Assembly (NCBI GenBank): GCA_951406725.2
Contig: OX597821.1
Coordinates: 25,110,001-25,174,000, forward strand
Direction of reading: 5' to 3'
Length of the DNA: 64,000 nt
From: Octopus vulgaris
Taxonomy: Eukaryota
A program made the translations under genes and the position numbers. Below the pieces are notes generated by a model, which was given only the letters and a program-made list of their open reading frames with translations, did no database searches and was not told the DNA's origin. Shown here one piece after another: positions 1 through 13,767 of the stretch; position 1 is the stretch's first letter; each line of letters begins with the position of its first letter.

Positions 1-125
1 ACTCCGAAAGGAGAAAAGGCAAAGTTGATCTCGGCAGAATTTGAACTCAGAGCGTAAAGACAGACAAAATGCCGCTAAGCATTTTGCCCAGCATGCTAAC
101 AATTCTGCCAGCTCATCACCTTATT
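1..125 (-). mobile_element. tRNA-derived SINE family A (Nin/Deu-domain-like), 5' part
   Basis: Reverse complement matches the copies at 28746 and 60970 (GGTGATGAGCTGGCAGAATTGTTAGCA...GAGTTCAAATTC...ACTTTGCCTTT); followed by (TAA)n. Confidence 0.8.
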
Positions 126-241
126 TTTAATAATAATAATAATGATTTCTAACAGTGGGCTGACCAAAGCTTATGAGTGGATTTGGTAGATGGAAACTGA
201 AAGAAGCCCACTGTGTGTGTGCATGTGTGCATGTATGTATG

Positions 242-286
<45 letters not shown>

Positions 287-444
287 GACTACCCATGACC
301 CGTTAGGTCACCAGAGAAGTTTGAGTTTCCTACCAATGGAGTTTTGTTTCATGGGTTTTTTTTTCCTTTTCCATGTTATTTTGCATGCTTTCAATGAATA
401 TAACAACAAAATCATGCTTCAGCAGCTCCTTTCCCCAGAAAAGG

Positions 445-566
445 AAAGATTTGGCTGCTATTTCTTGCATGCACTGCTACCATGTAACACAGAAACTTCG
501 GGTCCTTTAATAACAAATAGCTGTTACGTAGTAGCAGGGCGTGATAGAAATAGCAGCCAAATCTTT
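445..566. repeat. Imperfect inverted repeat, about 45-bp arms with a perfect 21-bp outer stem
   Basis: AAAGATTTGGCTGCTATTTCT (445-465) is the reverse complement of 546-566; arms extend imperfectly to 489 and 522. Confidence 0.85.
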
Positions 567-1774
567 GGAAGTGACATACAGTGGATGCCCTCAAAAGAAA
601 CCTATGGAAAAAAAACTATTTCACATCAAGGTTACAAATGGGCCTTTTATGAAATATTTACTGTGTTTTTAAAGTTATTTTCACTTGAAAATATTTTGCC
701 CATCATAATGTGTCTAACGGAAAGGTTAGAGTTTCTTCCCTTTCAGGGTTAAGTCATTTTCAGAGTATTTTCCTTTATGCACCCAAATATCTCAATAACC
801 ACTGGTCCAATTTATGTGAAACTTGTTTTATTCCATTTGTATTCACATTTCAGGGGCACTTTACTTTCAAAGTATTTTCCCATTATGCGCCTGTTTGGCT
901 GTGTAACATTGCAAGCAAGCAAGATTGAAGTTCATTTTTAATGTATTATAGATAGATATTTATACTGATGTGTGTGTCTGTGTTTGTCCCACATCACACC
1001 TTCACAACCAGTGTTGATGTGTTTACATCCCTGTAATTTAGTGGTTCAGTAAAAGAGACTGACTTAATAAATACCAGGCTTAAAAACAATAAGTTCTGGA
1101 GTTAATTTGATTAAAATTCAAGGCGGTATCCCAACATGGTCACAGCCATGTTGTTTTACTGAAACAAGTAAAAGATAAAAGATAAATAAAAGTAAAATAA
1201 CATAGTATCAAGTTCCTTTGATTCATCAACATTTTACATACAAGACACCGTCCTTAGATCCCATGAAGCCACTACTGTATTCAGATTATCAAAACAAAAT
1301 CTTTTACTGTATATACACACAGACACACATTAGTGCATACACACAAATGAGCTAAAGAAAGGGCCCCTACATGGCAACATGACTTGCTAAAAATAGCAGT
1401 TAAATCCCCTTCAAATTACACCTTACTATCTTACAAGAGGGAAGGAGACATGAATTAAGGATACATTATACCTGAGACAATGACAAGATGATCCTGGTTT
1501 AAATACAATCTGCTCAATCAGGTTTGACCTAAGGCGAAACAATGAAACAAGACCCATAACTCTTGGGTCACCCCTAAAGACAATGTCTATGTAGTGAAGC
1601 TTGTGCGCACAGTGGTTTATCAGCCAATCACCATTTAGGCAAACATCATGAAAGAGAATTTTCAACTTAATTGGTCCTTTTATTTTCCAGGGGTCTTTTT
1701 TTTTTTTTTTAATAACACAACTATAAGATCGTAATTTCAATTCCAAGACTGAGCAGTGTGTTGATTATGATGAG

Positions 1775-2310
1775 GCAAAAAGCTGGCAGAATCATTAGCA
1801 TATTGGACAAAATGCATAGTAGCATTTCTTCTATTTCCATTCTGAGCTCAAATTCTACTGATGTTGGCTTTGCCTTATCATCCTTTCAAGGTCAATAAAA
1901 TACGTAGCAGCTGAAATTGGAGGGGAAGTCACAGTAACTGACCTAATCACTCCACTAAAATTGTTAGCCTTGTACCAAATTTTGAAACCACTATTATTAT
2001 TTCCATCACTTTACAGTCTGAGTTCAAATCCTGCTGAGGTCAACTTTACCTTTCACCTTTGAAAGTACCACTGAAGGATTGGGGTCGATAGAATTGGCTA
2101 CTACCTCTCCTCTCAAAATCTACTGGTCCATTCGCCTATCTTTTACATTCAGAGTTCAAATTCCACCAAGGCCAACTTTAGGGTTAAGATCAATAAATTT
2201 TCAGAGTTAATAAATTTAAGTACCAAACAAGTACTGGGGTCGATGTGATCGACTTTCCCCATCCCTCAAAATTTCAGGGCTTGTGACTCTAGTAGAAAGG
2301 ATTATTACTA
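1775..2310 (+). mobile_element. Cluster of three degenerate family A SINE copies
   Basis: Repeated GAGYTCAAAT...YYTT(T)RCCTT, AAGTACC and GGGGTCGAT motifs. Confidence 0.7.
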
Positions 2311-5210
2311 TTAATTATTATTATTATTATAAGTACCGTTGCTGAAAACTTGGCCTTTGAATTCACTTTTGCAATATTTCAGGAAAATAACTTATTTCTA
2401 GCTTTTCCTATAGTAAACAGAGTTCATAAGCTAAATATATTTCTTCCAAAACATAAAGAAGTCTCTGCAAGTGAAAGGAACCAACTATCTCAACCAATTT
2501 ACACCAATTCTAGAAGTACATTACAATTGACAGAGATAATTAGCCAGACACACTCTAAGTACTCAAAATTAAAAATACACTAAGATACACACTTACAATG
2601 CCCTAAAAGTGAACAGGAAAACAACACACACACACACACATACACCATCATCATCATCATTTTTATGTCAGCTTATTCCATGCTGGCATACGTTGGATGA
2701 TAACTTCTTGAGGCAGTATTCAAAGGTTAGATGTCTTTCTTAATACCAACTTTTACTTGTTTTCAAGTAAGGGACCTTATCCGAATGGTTTTTCACCTGT
2801 CAAAGCAAGAGACTTAAATGAACATCACTTTTTGCAAAGACATGCAGAAACAAACACATGTGCATATATGAATGCATGCACACAAACCTCTACACACACA
2901 CACACACACACATTCACTAGGCTTCTGTGCAGGGTCCATCAACCAAATTTCACTCACAAGACATTGTTCAATGCAAATCTAGAGTGAAGGATTGATTCGG
3001 TGACACTAGACTTCCATCATACAGATATAACAGCAGTTAGTTGTTATTGTTTAACGAGAGGTCAGCTATGAGTGAACAAATTTCCATTCAAAGGCATTAC
3101 AGCTGAATATCATCATATCTTTTTTTAGCTGAATTGTATCTAAGATTGTATCCAATGTATCTGTTCTTTTTCCATTTTCTGTTGCAAGACAACTAGGTGC
3201 AACAAAGAGCTTCGACTGCTATTTTAAGCCAGTTGAGTGGTCACATAAGGGCTCCCATAATGGGTCATCAGCAGTTGGTACTTGCAAGATCTCATGCAAT
3301 ATTTGAATCCTGCAAGGATTCCTAACAGCCCACTATTATATATAAAGGTGGCTAGCTGATAGAATAGCTACCGTGATGGACAAAATGCTCAGCAGTATTT
3401 CTTCTGACTTGTTATGTTGTGAGTCTAGATACCATTGAGGTTGACTTAACCTTTCATCTTTTCGAGAATGATAAAATAAAGTTCCAATTAAGTACTGGGG
3501 TCAATGTAATCAACCAGACCCCTACCAAAAAGTTTCAGGCCTTGCGCTCAAGGTAGAAGAAAGGGATTATGTTACTATGTAGCTCAGCTTAAACACACTG
3601 ATGTTCATGGACCAAATGAAGCTTTCTATCAAAGTCACCATCCACAGCCATCTTGTCTATATTATAAAAATGTTGCTTGACAGTTTTTGAATAAAGATAT
3701 GTGACTACTATTTTAGAGATTCTAACACATTTATTGTGAGACACTTGGTTGCTATGGTGAACTGGTCAGGTGATTGCATGGAATGTTGGCTTCTAGGTTC
3801 ATTCATTAGTTTATGACAAGCATGCTTATATATTATATATAGTCTATTATATAGATAATATAGGTTATATCTTTTGTATATAAACCACATATACATACAT
3901 ACATACATACACACACAAATACACACAGAGAGACACACACATATGTAAGCACTATCACTCCAGTAGAGTTTGCCACTTGCAAATTATCTTTATATTTCTA
4001 AAAATAAGCTAAATCTGTCCAAACTTTTCTTTGTTTCATTGAGCTGACAGAATTGTTAGAGCATGGGATGAAGTACTTTGTGGTATATCTCCTGGCTCTT
4101 AACATTCTAAATTCAAATCCTACCAGGGTCAACTTTGCTGTTCATCCTTTCAGGGTCGATAAAATAAAGGATCAGTCAAGAACTGGGATTGGCATATTTA
4201 ATAAGTCCCCTCGACTTGAAATGGATGGCCTTGTGCTTATGTTAGAAAATTATTTTTCCAAGTTTCTCCAGGTCCTATATGCTTAGTTCCAGGTCAACTT
4301 TGATTAGAGGTATTCTAGCCATAACCATTTTGGGGATTTACAAGACAACATCATCCAGTGAATCCTCTCTTTTTCTTTAAGATGACACGGTGTAGAATTT
4401 CTGAAGCTCAACTGTCCTGAAATAATCCATCAAGATAGTCATGACTACTGTGGCTATACTGTCCATTCTATGGATTTATGTTGGACAGACACTATTAAAG
4501 CTTCACAATGTAAGGCTATTTTGTCTTAGTTATTCACTGTCAACAAGGAGATATTTGCTGTATATGAATCCTGCTTGGGTGTTCCTTGTCATTCCACACC
4601 TACCTACATCAACTGTACAGTTACTGGAAATACTGGTTAGCAACTTTAAGTAGTCACTAACCTAACACAGATTATCAGAGATGAGTCAATAAAGTATTGG
4701 ACAACAACAAAAGGGTTTAATAGTTTGTCTTGCCACTAGGACTTTGCAGAACTAAATGTAATCTATACAGTTTGAAGGGAATAAGTTGAAAGTAGCAGCA
4801 ATGGAGTAGAAATAACCCTAAATAACCAGTCTTCAGCATCACACGATGAGTATAGATAAAACGATAACATATTTGTAGAAGAGGTATAGCTAATTAAACC
4901 AAACCCACTAACGAGTTGAAGTCATTTCATATGAACTGACAATGCAGAAACGAGTGAGAGGAATACAACAGAGAGTGAGAGAGAAGAACAGTAGCCATGA
5001 AAGAGAGAGAGAGAATTGGAAGACCAGAGAAGATATTGTGGTGTTGATGGTGGCAATGTTTCAACACCATCAATTTAACCTAAGCAAATATGAAGAGAAC
5101 TAGTTGATGTGAAAGTGATAGATACAAGAAACACCTGAACAAAGGAATTCTAAAAGACAACATGAAACTAACCTGCTAATCTTTCTATGGACAGATGGTT
5201 ATTCTTTCTC

Positions 5211-5631
5211 TAACCCTTTAGCATTTAAATCTGCCATATCCAGCCCAAATATTCTACCTGTTTTATGTTCAAACTGGCTACAACTGGCCTCCCACATCTA
5301 CCCAACGATGTCATTCCCAAAATATATTATCTTCTTCTAACTGCTCAGTCGAAGTCGACTCCGGTCACTCGTTGGATCAGTGTCCTCCAGTCAGTTCTAT
5401 CCTGGGCCGCTTCTTTCAGACTGGCTATGTCCATTCTGGTATCACTCTTGATGGTGTCAAGCCAGCGGGTTCTTGGTCGGCCTCTTCCTCTCTTGCCAAT
5501 GACCATTCCGAGCATGATATATTATCACATCACTGAAATCTTGAAGCCACAAAATAATGCAGGATTAATTCAAAATAATGTGAATAATTCAACATTATAT
5601 TTGAAAGAGTAATTTGAATACTAAAGAGTTC
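5211..5631 (+). mobile_element. piggyBac-like MITE interrupted by an RTE insertion
   Basis: Starts TAACCCTTTAGCATTTAAA and ends ...AATACTAAAGAGTT; the same family terminus appears in reverse at about 44640-44676 (TTTAAATGCTAAAGTGTTAA). CCC termini beside TTAA-like sites are typical of piggyBac. Confidence 0.6.
5332..5516 (-). mobile_element. 5'-truncated RTE (BovB-like) LINE 3' end with 10-bp TSD
   Basis: Minus-strand translation MLGMVIGKRGRGRPRTRWLDTIK...LKEAAQDRTDWRTLI; short (GAA)n tail; flanking direct repeat ATATATTATC at 5322-5331 and 5517-5526. Confidence 0.85.
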
Positions 5632-6865
5632 ATAAAAGACTTAAAGCTAGTCAAATCTAGTCACTGTTTTCCACTCATGGAGAAACTTCCTACAGGGAGG
5701 TTAAAAATGTATATCTTACTCTCAAATTATCCAAAAGTAATATGTAGTGCACTATAAATGAATTAATTAACCCACATTGTCAGCACGTGCACTATTATGC
5801 AAATCAGAGGGACAAGTTTAGCTGATTCTATATACTATAAATAGATAATAAGAAATTAATCTTACCAAGTGGAGAAGATGAGTTTTCTTTCCCTGGTGAA
5901 GGCCTAAGTGGACATTTCAAACAACACACAAATATAACGCCCTCTTTATACTTCAGACACAGATGTGTACTGAGTACGGAATTTCACACAAACAAATTCT
6001 ATATATATATATGTCATCACCATCATTTAATGTCCATATTCCATGCTGGCATGTTTTGGATGGTTCAACAAAATCCGAACAGCCTGAGGGCTGTGGTGGT
6101 CTCTAACATCTGTTTTGGCAATGTTTCTATGGCTTGATGCCTTTCCTGATTCTAACCACTTTACAGAGTGTACTGGGTGCTTTTTTCATGAACCCAACAC
6201 TAATGAGGTCACCAAGTAACTCACATATAATTATAGAGAGAGAGGGGGAGGGAGGGAGAGAGAGGTGTGTGTGTGCGTGTAATTGAGAAATCCACATACA
6301 TACATTTATGCATGTATGGAATTACATGTATATAGGATGTTATATGCTATGTGATAACATTATAAAAAAAACTATTGGGTGGAATTCTATATACAGAATT
6401 TCATTTCAGAAAATGTAGCACTGCAGAACAATGTCAAACAGCCAATGTTATGAACAACAAACATTTTCATACATCTCTTATGCATGGTTCATCTCAATTG
6501 AACATCAGCCAAATACCATTTGCATTGCATTCTGAAGGTTTATAATGCATCACTTTAGTATTTAGTATTGCCTACAATGTCAGGATGCCATTTAGAGTTC
6601 TATTTTATTCCTTTAAGTTACATTTGCTTTGGCATCTTTTCCTTATATTTTATTAATTTCTTTGTTAAATCCCAAATCAATTATTGTAAATGAAGTGCTG
6701 GCATGATTGTGCAATAAAAAAGTTCACTTTCAAACTGCATACTTTTGAGTTCGGTCCTACTGCATGGCACCTTAGTAAAATGTCTTGTAGCATGGCTTCA
6801 AGCCAACCAAAGCCTTGAGATTAGATTTGGCAGACATACTGAAAGGAGCTTGCCATATATGGGTA

Positions 6866-7745
6866 TGAGGTGCATGCAAAAAGTATCCAACTATTTCTTC
6901 CCGCAAAAACTAATGTCCCATGGGCAAAATCCTTTGGGTGGGAGGTTGCACCACCCTTCCTGCACATGCATGGAAATTTTTGCATCAGTAGGCAGCACCA
7001 GTTCCCAGCTGTTATACCTAGAGTACAAACATGTGGTGCATGCTTGTTGGATTTTCATGTAAGGTCAGTGAATGCAATGAGCAGAGACCATAAACCCATG
7101 TCTCATCCCCAGTGATAATAGTCTTCATGGAGTCTGAGTCATGGTTTGTACAGTTCAGCATGTCCTGAGTAATTTCCATGCAGGGTTGCTTCTGCTGATC
7201 CACCAACACCTTACGGAGGAATTTTGCTGAAACTCTCTACATGTACAAATCCTGCATTAAAATGGAATACACTGATTCTGTCCTTATTTCTACTTTGCTT
7301 CACAACAGTCTTCCATGACTATTCACCAAACTTTCTCAACTGGCTCTTTGTTTCGGCTTGTGGATGGCCTACCTGAGCATGCCTAACTCTCCACCAAGGT
7401 GCAGCCATGTTTGAAGTGGTTGTACCATTCATTGATCTGAGCTTTGCTCATGGCATCACCATCAAAGGCCTGTTGAGTCTTTTGGAAGGTTTGAGCTTCA
7501 GTGTCACCAAGTTTTTAGCAAAACTTAATACAATATCTTTGCTCAATGTGTTTGGTGAAAACAAAAATCTGATGAGCACGTGCTACACATCCATACTCTA
7601 GGCATAACAGCTTAGTGGTGTGAAAATTTTCATGCATACATAGGAAAGAATGATGTCACTTCCCACCCAAAGGATTCCTACTTCACACACAGCATTAGTT
7701 TTAGCAGGAAAAAAGAAAGTCTGATACTTTTTTGAATGTACCTCA
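6866..7745 (-). mobile_element. Internally deleted mariner with long TIRs, inserted in a family B SINE
   Basis: TA-flanked TIRs (TGAGGTGCATGCAAAAAGTATC / GATACTTTTTTGAATGTACCTCA); degenerate transposase with CIKFC, SGRPSTS and IITGDETWVYG motifs (ORF 7018..7209). Confidence 0.9.
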
Positions 7746-8505
7746 TATGTGAGTGCGTTTGTCTCCTTCCTTGGCAGCACACAAAGTTGTAAATGAATGT
7801 CATAGAAGTGTAGTTTGTTTTCAATCTTCTCTGAAAAATATGTCCGGTCACTGGGAAATATTACCTTGCTTGGAAACAGGAAAGGCATCTGGTCATATAA
7901 AATTCATTTCAATGAATTCTGCCTAAGCCACGCAGACATGTTAATCTAGATGTTAAAATGATGATGATTATTTCTCGAGTCATACAAACATTTAATGCTG
8001 ACAATTTAGCCATTCTAGAAGAATATATTAGAATGTTTTGGTAATGATATCACAAAATCTGGTTAGATGAAACATTTCATGCGGAAGTGACCATTAATCA
8101 ACACAACTGTGCTTTATGATGCAATAACGCACAAAAATTTGTAATGTAAGGTGTGGCTAGTGCTAGATATAGGGTGTTTCAGCTAGGCTAGTCATCGTTG
8201 CCATACAGTGATGTATATATTTTCAGTAGGATGGGATTTCACCATATTTTCTTGACAACACAAAAACATGGTAAAACAAACATAGGACTAAGCAGCAGAC
8301 AAGTTGCTGAGTAATATTCTTTGCAAATGTTGTCAAACAGTTTCTGACTTGACCATTTCCGATGCTTTCTTCAGGAATAATGACTACTAATGCAACCATA
8401 CCAATATCCAGGAAAAGCAAAGAGAATCAAATTTATCAATGATCACAGCATATTTTTTTTATAACTTATAGCTGATTAAGGCTCAAAGCTTGCTAATCAA
8501 TAAAC

Positions 8506-8903
8506 TAATATATATATATAAGTGAGGTTGTGTGCTGTCTGTCTCCTACGATTTAGATTCCTAACTACTCCCACATTTTGCGGTGCAGTTTAACCAAAAC
8601 TGGGTATCTTATAGTCGTGATTCATATCGAGCCCTTCTGGGTATTAGCACGTGTCTACGGTGAGTCTACGATTTAAAAGAAAATTTACCATCAATTTTTC
8701 CCATTTTTAATGCATTTTTGGCATATATAAGGGAAGTAACTCTCTAAAAATTTATTATTAAATCTCAGAACGTAAAAAGCTACAGTAACACCCCCCCCTT
8801 TGTGGTTAGCCATATTGAGATGGCTATTATACTTTACATCTCTAAAAATGCTTATATAGTTATTTCCCTTACAAACCCGAGCAACGCCGGGCGATACTGC
8901 TAG
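8506..8903 (+). mobile_element. Non-autonomous Helitron
   Basis: 3' hairpin CCCGAGCAACGCCGGG (8876-8891) followed by CTAG|T at 8900-8904; 5' (TA)n plus TGTCTGTC; retains CpG, so probably young. Confidence 0.75.
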
Positions 8904-8924
8904 TATATATATATATATATACAT

Positions 8925-9322
8925 TTATTCTTTTACTTGCTTCAATCATGACTGTAGCCATGCTGAACCACCACCTTGAAAGGTTTTGGTCAAGCAAATC
9001 AACCCAAGACATTTTTTCTTTAAAGCCTAGTACTTATTCTATCAGTCTCTTTTACTGATCCGCTAAGTTACAAGGACATAAACACACCAACTCTGGTTGT
9101 CAAGTGGTGATGGGGGACAAACAGACTTACATGCACATGTATGTGTGTGTGTGTGTGTGACAGATTTCTTTCAGTCTCCATCTACCAAATCCAATCACAA
9201 GGCTTTGGTTGACATGAGGCTATAGAAGAAGGCACTTGCCCAAGGGGCCATGCAATGGGACTGAATCCAGAACTATGTGGTTGGGAAGCAAGCTTCTTAC
9301 CACACAGCCACACCTGCACCTA
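8925..9322 (-). mobile_element. SINE family B (CORE-like), degenerate
   Basis: Matches the 19839-20203 copy in reverse. Confidence 0.8.
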
Positions 9323-10159
9323 TGTATACAGAATATAAACCATATATATACTTTACATAACACTGATCTCTTATCTTGCATTCATTTGACATGCTTTAAT
9401 GATTATATATGATGATGATGAGTGTGTGTGTGTGTTACTCTCTCTCTTTGTCTTGGCATGGTAGTTGTAAAACAAACATAGCCTTCATACAAGCAGTGTC
9501 CTTTGTCTCCAAACTTGCACAAAAATGTGCCTGGCCCTGGGCAAATATTACTTTACTTGGTAACAGAGCACAGAATTATCAGAATCTTAGAGGATCAAGC
9601 AAGATGCATTGTGCTATCTGTTTTGGTTCTTTGCATTCTAACAGAAATAAGCTGGCAGGCATTACCTTGGATAAATATTATTGGTGTTAAGAGGAGAGAT
9701 TTACTTCCATGGACAAATCCTTGTCATCTTTATAAATAATTTTGCCCAGGCTTACACATGCACAAAAACATGGTCATCCTGGATCAACAGAGGCCCTGTA
9801 GGATGCTTTAGTGCCTTTGCTGAATACACTGTAGCCAGTTCTTGGGCTAAGTCTCCATTCTGAGAATAACTTCCTACTATCAATCACAAAGCCCTGAAAG
9901 AGCAGGGGATGGTATCTTTTCTCCACTGACAAAGGAAGAATTACAAATATCAAGTAAAAAAAAAATGCAGTTGGAAAAACTCATTATCAAAAATGTCACA
10001 ATGATCTCGCCAAATGTGAAGATGATATGATAATTTGGTCATTGGCAACATGCAGATGATAACAGATGCCCAAACAAAGGTATTCAGTTTAAGAGGTTGG
10101 TGGCAGCTGACCTCACCCAATGGGAACATTAGAGAGGCTAGACATATTAACATTAACAC

Positions 10160-10600
10160 TGGTGCATGTTTGGCTATGTGGTTACGAAGCTTGTCCCCAA
10201 CCATATAGTCTGGGGTTCAGTCTTACTTGACAGCACTTTGGGGAAGCATCCAATCATAGCCCTGGGCCTTTCAAGAGGAGCTAGGAGATGGAAACTGAAA
10301 AGAAGCCTATCGTATATACATAAACACACACATGTATGTATGTATGCATGCATCTCTGAATATGTATGTGTGCTTGTATACTTTTGTCTAGGTCTACTGT
10401 ATCACTATTATATAAGTGAGATTGCTTATTTCAAGTCTTTCATGAAAAACATGTCTAGTTATGGGAAAATATTACCTTGTTTGGAAATGGGTGAGACTTA
10501 GTAACAGGAAGGGCATCTAGCTGTAGAAAAATCTGTCCCAACAAATTCAGTTGGTCCCATGAAAGCATGGAAAAGTGGATGTTAAATGATGATGATGATG
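10160..10600 (+). mobile_element. SINE family B variant with RTE-type 3' tail
   Basis: tRNA-like head, GGAAACTGAAA body, tail GGAAGGGCATCTAGCTGTAGAAA...GGATGTTAAAT(GAT)n. Confidence 0.75.
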
Positions 10601-11300
10601 AATAACAATGATGACTTGACTGAAACAAGAGTGATGATGGAGATATAACCTCAAAGACGTGAGCTGAATGGTGTACAGATGACAAGCAGAAGACTGCAGA
10701 GCACTGGAAGTAGCATTATATCCTTGTAATTGACAGAGCATGAGCGGGCTTCAATACATTAATAAAAACCTTATAATTAATTCATTAGCCAACATAAAAA
10801 TTTAACATCAAAAAAGCAGCAATGTTTAGGTAGGTAAATGTTGTTGTTGTTGTTAACATTTGACTGTTGGCCTTAAGCCCAACCAAACAGCATTTCATTA
10901 ATCACAATTTCTGATTCACCGGATCAATATTATACTATGTTGATAAAAGGCAGATTAGTTACTATAGCAATTGAATCACTCGATGTAAGACATTTTCAGC
11001 AATTTGAACAGAACAAAACAACAATAGTTATACAAGACAGGAAAAATTTGTAGAGTATCTTTTACAGATATATGGCAGTGGAGATGGGGAGGAAAATTGA
11101 TCTACACCTTTGGCAGCTAGCCACTTCTTTCATGAAGTTCTGCTGGTTATTCTAATAACCCTTTAATCATTTCTAGCTTTGGCTCACTGCAATTATCTAT
11201 TTTGCATAAGTTTTTTCTTTTTCTTTTTTTTTTTTTCGGATTCTTTTACTCACTTCATTTTATACAGATGTGTGTAATGTTTTTATATTAGCTTTGTTCA

Positions 11301-11339
11301 AACAACTTGATGAAAGTTCAGCATCGAAGTGCTGTTGTT
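11301..11339 (+). ncRNA. Degenerate minimal hammerhead-like motif (Penelope pLTR relic)
   Basis: Stem I AACAAC/GTTGTT enclosing TTGATGA...GAAG-TGCT; followed by GTTTGTACACCTG, similar to the other pLTR relics. Confidence 0.35.
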
Positions 11340-11974
11340 TCTAATGGTGTTTGTACACCTGATCTTGGTTAAAGTTTATAGAGATAACAGCAGCATAAAA
11401 GTAAAGTATGCCTTTAAATGTACATGTTAATTAGAAGAAACAAAAACATGCCAATTAAACTGTGCATGTGTTTGTTTGTATTTAATAACTATACCACCGA
11501 ATTCACACATAGCCCAGATTACATTCTTCTTAAAGTGCATATGAAATGCTATCGATGTGTCAATTTGTGTCTGTGTATGCTCATGGATATGTGTATGTGT
11601 CTGTGTGTGTGTGCATGGTATATATATATTGTTCACCAGTTCTTTTATTTTTATGAACATATTTCCCACGCTGGCAGAGATGAGATGAATATATTATCAA
11701 AGCATTGTTTAACAACCAGGTGCCCTTCCTGTCGATAATGCTTACCTGTTTTGCAAAGTAAGGAATGTCTTATACTACAATGAGTGATTTTCAGTGAAGT
11801 GCAAATGAAAACACGCATGCACACACACACACACACACACAGTGAACTTTAGTAGAAGACATTTGCCCAAAGTGCCACACACTGGAATTGAACATGAAAC
11901 CACTGAAAAGTGAACTGCTTAACAGCACAGCCATGCCTGCACTTATACATACACGTGTGTGTGCGGATTTATGG

Positions 11975-12910
11975 CTTGAAATTTTGAAGGTGAGAGCTAG
12001 TCAATCACATCAACCTCAAGTCTCGACTGGTACTTATTTCACCAAACCCAAGAGGATGAAAAGCAAACTCAACCTCATCAGAATTTGAACTCAGAATGTA
12101 AAGACAGGCATTTTTGCCCAGTGTGCTAACTATTCTGCCAGCTAGTTGCCATAATAATAATCCTTTCTACTATAGGCACAAGGCCTGAAATTTGAGGGCA
12201 GAAGGCAAGTCAATTACAATAACCCCAGTGCTCAACTGGTACTTACTTCACTGAGTCCAAAAGGATGAAAGGCAAAGTCAACCTCGACATTCTTTTCTAA
12301 TATAGGCACAAGACCTGAAATTTTGGTGGAGGGGGTAATCAATTACAGCAACCATAGTAATTGACTGGTAACTTATTTTATCAATCTTTTAAGGATAAAA
12401 GTTAAAGTCAATCTCAACAGAAAATGAACACATTTCCTACGCTGGCAGAAACGGGATGAATATATAGCCAAAAGAAATGCTAAGCATTTTGCCTAGCATG
12501 CTAACAATTACACCAGCTTGCTACCTTAATAATAATAATAATAATAATAATAATATTCCTTTTTACTATAGGCACAAGGCCTGAAATTTAGGGGAAGGGG
12601 ATAAGTCGATTACATCAACCCCTGTGTAGTGTACAACTGGTACTTATTTCATTGACCCTGATAGGATAAAAGGCAAAGTTGATCTCGGTGGAATGTGAAC
12701 TCAGAATGTGCAGACAGACAAAATACCGCTAAGCATTTAACCCAGCATGCTAACGATTCTGCCAACTCACCACCTTAATAATAACCAGTTCAATTACAGG
12801 CACAAGGCCTAGAATTTTGGAAGAGGGGCTAGTCAATTGACCCAGGACTTCATGGGACTAATTTCATCAATCCCAAAAGGATAAAAGGCAAAGCTGACCT
12901 CACCAGAATT
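11975..12910 (-). mobile_element. Head-to-tail array of about 5-6 family A SINEs, partly separated by (TAA)n
   Basis: Repeating unit TATAGGCACAAGGCCTGAAAT...GGTACTTATTT...AAAGGCAAAGT...GCTAAC. Confidence 0.85.
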
Positions 12911-13767
12911 TGCTTGATAATGATAATTTGATGTTTTCTCTTACACAAATTTGTGTGTTGTAACCACAAAGACAGTATGTAGGTATAACAAGCAAACTAT
13001 CACACTTTCCAACTCAGTTGAGTCTCATTCTGTTTCACAGCAGTTAGAAGCAGAAATAGCTATTCTCTCAAACAGACTGCATTTTAGATTTTTGATTCTA
13101 TTACATTAAATATACCAACACTAGCTTTACTGTTGTTCATACCATTAATGGTGTCCATGAGTAACCAACCGTGGTAATTTAATTCTTAAATAAGCTCATT
13201 TTCCATCTTTAACCTGTGTCTAATAGCTTACATTAATGTTTTGACAAGCACGGTGAAGCCAATGATTTGCTGCAGAGATCTAATAACACCAAAATGTGCC
13301 ATGGGTTATCTCCCATACTTGCTAAAATGATTAGTCATTGAGCTAAAATTGTCCTTAGTTCATTGCCTAATTACTATTTCTAAGTCGGCAGCAAGCTGGC
13401 ATCAAGGCAGCAAGTTGACAGAGCCATAAGCATGCTGGACAAGATGCTTAGAGGCAGTTCTTCCAGCTTTACATTCTGAGCATGAATCCTGCCAAGGTGA
13501 ACTTTGCCTTTCATCATTTCAGGGGTCAATGAAATAAAGTGCCATTTCAGCACTGGAGTTGTTGTAATCAACTGCCTCATCCCCAACAATTTCAGACCTT
13601 GTAACTGTAGCAGAAAGAATTACTTCTAAGTATATCTGTTATTTTGTAATGTAGATGATGTCTCCTCAGTGAATTACATATTAGTCACGGATATAAATCA
13701 TGTGGCAGCGTAGATACAGTAATTAGATGTTTGAGAAAATGATGTAACACCACAGAACATATACGAG

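Noticed and set aside
321-752. 143-aa ORF and overlapping antisense ORF with a similar peptide
   Set aside because: The similarity is caused by the 445-566 inverted repeat; TTG start and no recognisable domain
10630-10665. C/D box snoRNA (GTGATGA...CTGA)
   Set aside because: Too short, no terminal stem and no evident guide sequence
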